Positions 57,757 through 64,000 of a DNA stretch of 64,000 bases are shown in pieces. Made by a program: the position numbers and the translations under genes. Under the pieces are notes generated by a model. It was not told the DNA's origin. It saw only the letters and a list, made by a program, of their open reading frames with translations, and did not search any database. The stretch is from Longimicrobiales bacterium. Its GTDB lineage: Bacteria; Gemmatimonadota; Gemmatimonadetes; Longimicrobiales; Gaopeijiaceae. Positions within the stretch are counted from its first letter, which is position 1. Every line of letters begins with the position of its first letter. The stretch covers positions 192,001 to 256,000 of the forward strand of contig JAWLHJ010000003.1 in NCBI GenBank assembly GCA_041690395.1. The letters run 5' to 3'.

Positions 57757-59331
57757 ATGACCACCAAAGACGCATCCCTGGAAGCGCAGATCCGCGCCGC
57801 CGCCGAGCTGTTGGAGAAGATCGGCAAGGACCGGTCGTTGCTCTCCCACGTAGAGAAGGCCGACCAGCGCCGGCTCATCCACGCCGCGGGCAAGGTGTGG
57901 AGCCCCGACGAGACACGCAGGCGCCAGCTGACCCGCGCCCTGGCGAAGAAGCGGAAGGCCGCGGCCCGGCGCGAAGAGGAAGCCGCGCGGAATCAGACCG
58001 GCATCCGGACGCTCCGGCGCAAGCCGACGTTCACGACGCCGAACGTGCACCCCCCTGCCCTGGCCGGCGAAGTCGGTCCTGCCAGGCACGACGCCCCCGG
58101 GGACGCGGACGCGCCCGAGGCGCCCACCGAGGCCGGCGAACAGCACTGCTACGTGTGCAAGCAGCCGTTCACGGAGCTCCATCACTTCTACGACCAGCTC
58201 TGCCCCCCGTGCGCGGAGCTCAACTACCGGAAGCGGGGCGAGCTGGCGGACCTGTCCGGACGCGTCGCACTGCTCACCGGCGGCCGGGTGAAGATCGGGT
58301 ACCAGGCGGGCATCAAGCTCCTCCGCTCGGGCGCCGACCTCATTGTCACAACCCGCTTTCCCCGCGACGCGGCCAAGCGCTACGCGGAGGAGGAGGACTT
58401 CGAGGAGTGGGGCCACCGACTCCGGATCTACGGGCTCGACCTGCGCCACACGCCGAGCGTCGAAGCGTTCTGTTCGGAGGTCATGCGCACCAAGGACCGG
58501 CTCGACTTCATCATCAACAACGCGTGCCAGACGGTGCGCCGGCCGCCGGACTTCTACCGGCACATGATGGAGCACGAGGCCGCCGCTCTCGAGGAGATGT
58601 CGCCGCGGGTGAGGGCGCTGGTGGGCGACTACGAAGGACTGCGGGGCTACGACCTGCTACCGAGCGCCACGCGAAGCGGGACCGCGCTGGGACGGGGCGC
58701 GGCCGACCGGACCGAGGCCCCCGGCCTCACCCACGCCGCCGAGCTGTCCCAGCTGGCGCTGCTCCCGGAGGAACGCGAGGCCCAGCAGGCGCTCTTCCCC
58801 GTCGGACGGCTCGACCAGGACCTTCAGCAGATCGACCTGCGCGAAAGCAACTCATGGCGCATGCTGATGGCCGACGTGCCCACGGTGGAGCTTCTCGAGG
58901 TCCAGCTCATTAACGCCGTGGCGCCGTTCGTCCTCAACGCGCGGCTGAAGGCGCTCATGCTGCGCACGGAGAACCGCGACAAGCACATCGTGAACGTCTC
59001 GGCCGTGGAGGGCCAGTTCTACCGGAACGCCAAGACGACCCGCCATCCCCATACGAACATGGCCAAGGCCGCGCTCAACATGATGACCCGCACCGCGGCC
59101 ACCGACTACCACAACGACGGGATCCACATGAACGCGGTCGACACCGGATGGGTGACCGACGAAGACCCGGAGCCGATCGCCGCACGGAAGACGCGCGTAC
59201 ACCGCTTCCATCCTCCGCTGGATATCGTGGACGGCGCCGCCCGCATCGTGGACCCGATCATCGACGGGATCAACACGGGCGAGCACGTGTGGGGGCAATT
59301 CCTCAAGGATTACGCGCCAACGGACTGGTGA
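57757..59331 (+). CDS. Atypical SDR oxidoreductase with N-terminal CxxC...CxxC zinc finger
   Basis: CYVCKQ..LCPPC, ALLTGGRVKIG, IINNACQT, IVNVSAVEG, HPHTNMAKAALNM, AVDTGWV. Confidence 0.85.
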   Translation: MTTKDASLEAQIRAAAELLEKIGKDRSLLSHVEKADQRRLIHAAGKVWSPDETRRRQLTRALAKKRKAAARREEEAARNQTGIRTLRRKPTFTTPNVHPPALAGEVGPARHDAPGDADAPEAPTEAGEQHCYVCKQPFTELHHFYDQLCPPCAELNYRKRGELADLSGRVALLTGGRVKIGYQAGIKLLRSGADLIVTTRFPRDAAKRYAEEEDFEEWGHRLRIYGLDLRHTPSVEAFCSEVMRTKDRLDFIINNACQTVRRPPDFYRHMMEHEAAALEEMSPRVRALVGDYEGLRGYDLLPSATRSGTALGRGAADRTEAPGLTHAAELSQLALLPEEREAQQALFPVGRLDQDLQQIDLRESNSWRMLMADVPTVELLEVQLINAVAPFVLNARLKALMLRTENRDKHIVNVSAVEGQFYRNAKTTRHPHTNMAKAALNMMTRTAATDYHNDGIHMNAVDTGWVTDEDPEPIAARKTRVHRFHPPLDIVDGAARIVDPIIDGINTGEHVWGQFLKDYAPTDW

Positions 59332-60905
59332 GGCGCGGGTCCGTCGCTCGGGAGAAGGAGGCGAAACACGCTACCCCTCCCGACCCAGCTATCCAGCTCC
59401 ACCCTGCCCCCGATCATCTCCGCGAAACGCGCGCTGATCGCGAGGCCCAAACCGGTCCCCGAGGGGCCGTTGGTCGAGGACTCCAGCTGGGTGAACTCCT
59501 GGAAGATCCGCTCGCGGTCCTCCCGGGGGATCCCCGGACCCGTATCCCAGACCTCGTAGACCGTGCCCCGTTCATCTCTCAGCAGACGGACGCCCACCCG
59601 TCCTTCCTTTGTGAATTTCAGGGCATTCCCGAGGAAGTTCACGAGCACGTGCAGAACCTTGTCCGGGTCCGTTCGGAACTCCATCGGGCCCGCGGGGAGC
59701 TGGCGACAGAGCTCGACCCGGCTCGACTCCGATTGGTGCTGGACCATGGCGAGCGCTTCCCGGGCGAGCTCGACGGCGTCCGCGCACCGCACGTCGATCT
59801 TGATGCCCCCTCGCCTCGCACGGGTGAACTGAAGGAGCTCCTCCACCATGGAGCTGAGGTGCGATCCGCCGGCGCGAATTCGCCGCACGTAGCGGAGCTG
59901 CCCTTCGTTCAGCGGTCCCTGGACCCCCATCTCGAGCAGCTCTGCGTAGGAGATCACGCTGTTCATTGGCGTCCGGAGCTCGTGGCTCAGGAACCCGAGG
60001 AAATCGCTCTTGGTCTTGCTCGCCTTCTCCGCTTCGGCTCTTGCCTCGCACTCCGACTCGAGAAGGGACACCCGTTCCTGGTCGAGACGGTGGAGCTCCC
60101 GTGTCGTCCATGCGACGGCCAGAAACAGGAGGAACCACATGGAGCTCACGACGAGGGTGAGGCCCGTTGACGGCGAGAGTCGCTCGTTCGCGACGCCGAG
60201 GAACGCAAGCCAACCGATGACGAACGGTCCGGCGACCGCCACGGGAATCAGCGTCCTGAGTGTCACCCCCGCCGCACCTGGAGCCGCGAGGATCCGGAAC
60301 CAGCCGCGGTGCGGGCGAAGCAGGATGGCCCCTGCCGTCAGCGCCAGGAGCGCCAGCGCCTTGTCGACCGGCATCGCCGGGAACGGTTCGAGCCCGAAGC
60401 GGAGGTCCATGCCGAACGCGCGCTGGAAGAGCGTCGCGAGTGCCACGACCGTGAGCACGATGAGCATGCTCTCCGCGACGTGGTGCACCCTGAGTGACCG
60501 CATGTCGAACACCGCGAGCGAACTCCCGAGCAGGAAGATCGCCAGAGCGGCCGCGGGCTCGATGCGCCCTGGATAGGGACGGGCCTCCCCCATCGTCGCC
60601 GCGGGGAAGAGCAACAGGTCGATCCCGAAGTCGACGGGGAAGAGATATTGGACCAAGCAGAGAAGCCCGAGCACGGCGGCCACGGACGCGAGCGACCGGG
60701 CCGTCCACCTGGCGAGTCTCCCGCGTCGACCAACCAAGAGCACCAGGGCCACACCGAGCATCAGGACCGCGATGGCCGCGTTCGGAACCATCGGCGCCAA
60801 CCATGAGCCGGATCTCGGTCGTCCGCCGACGCCGACCCAGGCCAGGAGCGCCAGCGCGGCGATAAGGGCGGCGAACACTCCGGAAGCAAGCGCGATCCGC
60901 TCCAT
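59310..60905 (-). CDS. Membrane sensor histidine kinase (orphan)
   Basis: Multi-TM N-terminus, H-box FLSHELRTPMN, N-box NFLGNALKFT, DTGPGI, GTGLGLAIS; 3' end overlaps the SDR by 22 nt. Confidence 0.9.
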   Translation of the reverse strand: MERIALASGVFAALIAALALLAWVGVGGRPRSGSWLAPMVPNAAIAVLMLGVALVLLVGRRGRLARWTARSLASVAAVLGLLCLVQYLFPVDFGIDLLLFPAATMGEARPYPGRIEPAAALAIFLLGSSLAVFDMRSLRVHHVAESMLIVLTVVALATLFQRAFGMDLRFGLEPFPAMPVDKALALLALTAGAILLRPHRGWFRILAAPGAAGVTLRTLIPVAVAGPFVIGWLAFLGVANERLSPSTGLTLVVSSMWFLLFLAVAWTTRELHRLDQERVSLLESECEARAEAEKASKTKSDFLGFLSHELRTPMNSVISYAELLEMGVQGPLNEGQLRYVRRIRAGGSHLSSMVEELLQFTRARRGGIKIDVRCADAVELAREALAMVQHQSESSRVELCRQLPAGPMEFRTDPDKVLHVLVNFLGNALKFTKEGRVGVRLLRDERGTVYEVWDTGPGIPREDRERIFQEFTQLESSTNGPSGTGLGLAISARFAEMIGGRVELDSWVGRGSVFRLLLPSDGPAPHQSVGA

Positions 60906-61119
60906 GCGCTTGCGGACGCCTACAGCCGGGCCTGCTGTCCATTCACTGAGGGGCGGGCGTTCGCGAGCGTTGCGACGTTCGTTCGCACGGCTCAATGTCC
61001 CCCGGCCCGGCATCGATCCGGGCCCGAGAGGCTTCTTCCACCGAGCCTTCTCGAACGGCTTTACCGCGACCACGACGCTCTCCCTCCCCCGAGGGACGCT
61101 CACACGGCGCAACGTCTAC

Positions 61120-61148
61120 AGATTACAGCCTGCAGTCTCGACTCGCAA
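61120..61148 (-). promoter_or_regulatory. Sigma70-type promoter upstream of the histidine kinase
   Basis: Minus strand TTGCGA-N17-TAATCT. Confidence 0.55.
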
Positions 61149-61201
61149 ACGCACGTTCAGGACGACGAACCGAGGACCGCCGGTCTCCGCGACGGTCGCG
61201 T

Positions 61202-61612
61202 TCAAGCCGGCACGACCGCGGCGATCATCGCCTCGCACGCTTCGGCGCATGCGCGGCACGATTCGGCGCAGATCCGGCAGTGCTCCATCATCTCCGCGTG
61301 ATCGTCGCATTCCTTTGCGCACGCGTGGCACGCCGACACACAGGCCTCGAGCTGCGCCTGCAGCGTGTCCACGTCCTGCTCGCCCGGACGGGCCACGAGT
61401 CGGCCCGTGGCGGCGCAGATGTCCGCGCAGTCGAGGCTGGTCCGGATGCAGAAGCTGAGCGACGCCGGGTCGAACTCTTCCGAGCACGCGTCCGCGCACG
61501 TGATGCAGACGAGCATGCACTCGGCCGCGGCCGTCACCATGGCGAACGCCTCGTCTCCCGCGCCGCTCGCGGGGGCCGGATGGGTCGCGAACATCTGTCG
61601 GATTCGGTCCAT
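61202..61612 (-). CDS. Four-helix-bundle Cys-rich copper-storage protein (Csp3/DUF326-like)
   Basis: 16 Cys in CxxxC/CxxC spacing (CMLVCITCADAC, CIRTSLDCADIC, CVSACHACAKEC, HCRICAESCRACAEAC); no signal peptide; GAGG RBS. Confidence 0.9.
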   Translation of the reverse strand: MDRIRQMFATHPAPASGAGDEAFAMVTAAAECMLVCITCADACSEEFDPASLSFCIRTSLDCADICAATGRLVARPGEQDVDTLQAQLEACVSACHACAKECDDHAEMMEHCRICAESCRACAEACEAMIAAVVPA

Positions 61613-61655
61613 GGATCACCTCGCGGATGGGGTCTCGGGGCTCGGTGTGCGAGAG

Positions 61656-61671
61656 TGCAAGGGGTGGACCA
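61656..61671 (-). promoter_or_regulatory. Sigma54 (-24/-12) promoter candidate for the Csp3-like gene
   Basis: Minus strand TGGTCCACCCCTTGCA = GG-N10-GC, 43 nt upstream of the ATG. Confidence 0.6.
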
Positions 61672-61771
61672 GGGATGGATGACGGCTGGTGGCGGCCGGT
61701 GGGCGCGGAGATGCGGGGTTTTGGGGCGGTCAGGCACGGGGGTGAGGGGCGGGCCGTTCGTCGCGCCTCGT

Positions 61772-63679
61772 CTACATTGTCGCGTCCGTTGGGGAGGTGT
61801 CTGCGGGCGGGATGAAGTCCCCCGTCGCTTCCTTCAAGTACGCGCGCAACTCCGGCTCCACGGCGTAGACGTAGCACCCCTTCAACCCGCGCGTCATCAG
61901 CGTTCGATAGGTATTGAGGATGATCATGCGGGCCTCGGCGCGGGCCCGCTCGGGATCGGCCTTCAATCTCTTCTTGAACCCCCGGATTGACCGGTCGTGT
62001 TTCGACCTGGCTTCGGGTCGGGTGACGGGCTTCCCGTCCTCCACGACGAGATCGCCGCCAATGATCACGCCGACGTAATCGAGCTCGAGCCCCTGACACG
62101 TGTGGATGCAGCCGATCTCGCTGATGGAGTCGGGATGCGACAGCCACCCGCTCCCGTGCTCGGTCAGGTTCCATCGCATCCGGAAATCGTGCTCGGGGAT
62201 CTCGACGTCCCAAGCCGCTGGGTTCTTCTTGCTCGACCAGTCCCAGCAGTACCCCGCGACCAGCCGCGACCGGTTGGCCTCCTCGTTCCTGGCCTCGATC
62301 AGTTCTCTGACCTCGTTCGGGGAGTCGCACACTCGGAAATCGTAGTCGTAGTCCAGGGTCGAGAGATCGACGTGAGGGGTTTCCCGGACGCCGAGCACAT
62401 GGTCCAGCCAGGACAGGTACCCGTCCGAGCCGTTGCAGCGGAACTGCGACTGGAGCCACATCTCGTCGACGCCGGCACCCGCCTCCTCGGCCCAGAAGAC
62501 GATCTCGTCGCGCGTGCCGATATCCTGCAGCGTGACCCGCTGGTCCTCGTCGAGGAAGAACACGGTCACGTCCGCAGCGTGGATGAGTTCCTTCACCTGG
62601 TTGTCGCCCAGGTTCTGATAAAGCCCGGATTTCTCGTTCAGCCGATGCGCTTCATCGACCACGAGCGCCCGGAAGGTCCCCTGCTCCGCCGTCGTGAAAG
62701 CGCCCGAGCCCCGGAACAGGTTGGAGTACTTCGTGCGGGACATCGTGCCCGTCAGCTTGCCCTCGTAGACGGCACGCGGCGCCGCGTTCTTGGTCACGTA
62801 CTGGACCAGCTCCCGGTCCTTGGTCAGCGCCACCAGCAGGTTGAGCGCCACGACGGACTTCCCGGTGCCGGGGCCACCGTGCACGATCAGTACGCGCTTC
62901 TCGCCCGCGGGAGTGCTCCGCACGAGATGCAGGGCCCGCTCGAAGACCAGCTTCTGATCGTCGATCATCGTGAACTCGCGGTTCCCTTTCATGAGGCCCG
63001 CGAGGCTGTCGGCCAGCGATTTGGACGGTCGGAGCCTACCTCCGTCGATACGGACCAGGATCTCGTTGCGATCCCCGTAGCGGATCCATCGCTTGATGAA
63101 CTCCCGGAGTCGGTCGACCTGGCCCTTCAAGAACAGAGGCGCCTCCGAGACCCAAGGCCGGTAGAAGTCGCTGTCCAGCACCGAGCCGTCGTGACAGTTG
63201 TGCAAATACGCGCACGGGTGGAGCCGGATGTCGCCCTCGTAGACCGCCTCATTGAAACCGCGGAGAAGCTCCGCGTAGGACCACGCCTGGTAGGACGGAT
63301 GCGCGGTGTCCCGGACGCCGCCACCCAGGAAGGTCCGCACCACCCCGTCCATCGGGGTCGGCTCGGCCGTCTCCCACTGCTTCAGCTCGACGATCACCGC
63401 CTCGTCGTGAGGGCCGTCGTTCCGTCCCGAAAGCAGCATGTCGATGCGCTTTGCCGTCTGCGGGATCTGAAACTCGATGCCCACGCCCGCGTCGTCCGGG
63501 ATGTCCGGATCATCGAGGGCGATGTGCATATGGGTCAACGACTGGTGCCAGGCGCGACGCTCGGCCTCGCCAACCCCTGTCCCCAACACCCTCTGCACCT
63601 CCGCCAACACGATCCCGTCGATGTCTCCCGTCGCCACATCCCTGCGGAAACCGGATACGTTGCGGTGGTAGACGATCAT
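61772..63679 (-). CDS. DUF2075 family protein (N-terminal PD-(D/E)xK-like nuclease plus SF1-like helicase)
   Basis: GIEFQIP..KRIDMLL..IVELKQW, HPSYQAWSY, Walker A GGPGTGKS, VVDEAHRL, QFRCNG, GCIHTCQGLELDY, NTYRTLMTRG. Confidence 0.88.
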   Translation of the reverse strand: MIVYHRNVSGFRRDVATGDIDGIVLAEVQRVLGTGVGEAERRAWHQSLTHMHIALDDPDIPDDAGVGIEFQIPQTAKRIDMLLSGRNDGPHDEAVIVELKQWETAEPTPMDGVVRTFLGGGVRDTAHPSYQAWSYAELLRGFNEAVYEGDIRLHPCAYLHNCHDGSVLDSDFYRPWVSEAPLFLKGQVDRLREFIKRWIRYGDRNEILVRIDGGRLRPSKSLADSLAGLMKGNREFTMIDDQKLVFERALHLVRSTPAGEKRVLIVHGGPGTGKSVVALNLLVALTKDRELVQYVTKNAAPRAVYEGKLTGTMSRTKYSNLFRGSGAFTTAEQGTFRALVVDEAHRLNEKSGLYQNLGDNQVKELIHAADVTVFFLDEDQRVTLQDIGTRDEIVFWAEEAGAGVDEMWLQSQFRCNGSDGYLSWLDHVLGVRETPHVDLSTLDYDYDFRVCDSPNEVRELIEARNEEANRSRLVAGYCWDWSSKKNPAAWDVEIPEHDFRMRWNLTEHGSGWLSHPDSISEIGCIHTCQGLELDYVGVIIGGDLVVEDGKPVTRPEARSKHDRSIRGFKKRLKADPERARAEARMIILNTYRTLMTRGLKGCYVYAVEPELRAYLKEATGDFIPPADTSPTDATM

Positions 63680-63789
63680 CGCTGTCCTCGTTGCGAGCGG
63701 GCCCGACTGCCCGGCTCGGCGTCGCGGCGGCCGCAATGTATCATCCGGTGGGACCCATCGCAGCGTACACCCCAACACCCCCGAGAGCC

Positions 63790-64000
63790 ATGGAACTCCA
63801 AGCACTGATGGACGAGATCATCGCCTTCAGGGACGAGCGCGACTGGGCGCAGTTCCACACGCCCAAGAACCTTGCGACGGCCCTCGCCATCGAGGCCGCT
63901 GAGTTGCAGGAGTTGATGCTCTGGAAGACGGACGCCGAAGTGGAGGAGCTGGTCACGTCCAAGGCGCACCACGGCCGACTCAGCGATGAGGTCGCCGATG
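63790..64000 (+). CDS. MazG-like nucleotide pyrophosphohydrolase, 3' end beyond window edge
   Basis: Manual translation MELQALMDEIIAFRDERDWAQFHTPKNLATALAIEAAELQELMLWK...LSDEVAD (RDW..FH.PKNL, ExxE, DExxD metal-binding motifs). Confidence 0.88.
   Translation, partial: MELQALMDEIIAFRDERDWAQFHTPKNLATALAIEAAELQELMLWKTDAEVEELVTSKAHHGRLSDEVAD

Noticed and set aside
60906..61112. Riboswitch (c-di-GMP-I-like) in the approx. 200-nt leader of the histidine kinase
   Set aside because: Hairpins are possible but the GGCAAA/GAAA/GACGCAAAG consensus is not met; an Rfam scan would be needed.

Overview
High-GC bacterial chromosomal window. Gene content (bshC, mcsA-mcsB-clpC coupled to bamA, LpxC-FabZ fusion, PorV-like and GWxTD-like proteins, ADOP/PadR pair) suggests Gemmatimonadota; this is an inference, not a database result. 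Bases 1-30.4 kb hold a minus-strand housekeeping and envelope cluster: era, PorV-like, rnr, GGDEF, Zn-ribbon protein, prfB (programmed +1 frameshift), lysS, lolE/C, lolD, mcsA, mcsB, clpC, bamA, skp, lpxD, lpxC-fabZ, lpxA, GnnA-like, an uncalled 44-aa membrane microprotein, lpxB, DUF374, lpxK, rlmH, bshC and murJ. Bases 31.7-36.8 kb hold a complete minus-strand 16S-23S-5S rRNA operon with no spacer tRNA, followed by tRNA-His, pilT and tRNA-Arg(TCT). Bases 39.6-64 kb are accessory: matrixin, TonB plus TPR lipoprotein, PQQ sugar dehydrogenase, ADOP/PadR, a stand-alone infC with an ATC start, a GWxTD-like protein, an atypical SDR, an orphan histidine kinase, a Csp3-like copper protein with a sigma54 promoter, and a divergent DUF2075/MazG-like pair. 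The best candidate for an undescribed system is a coupled four-gene operon at 52.3-57.6 kb (YbjN-like chaperone, ClpN-like/CbxX AAA+, STAND NTPase with unassigned C-terminal domains, membrane protein). A CTAG-bounded palindromic MITE-like element sits at TAG stop codons. No CRISPR array, integrase or transposase was seen.
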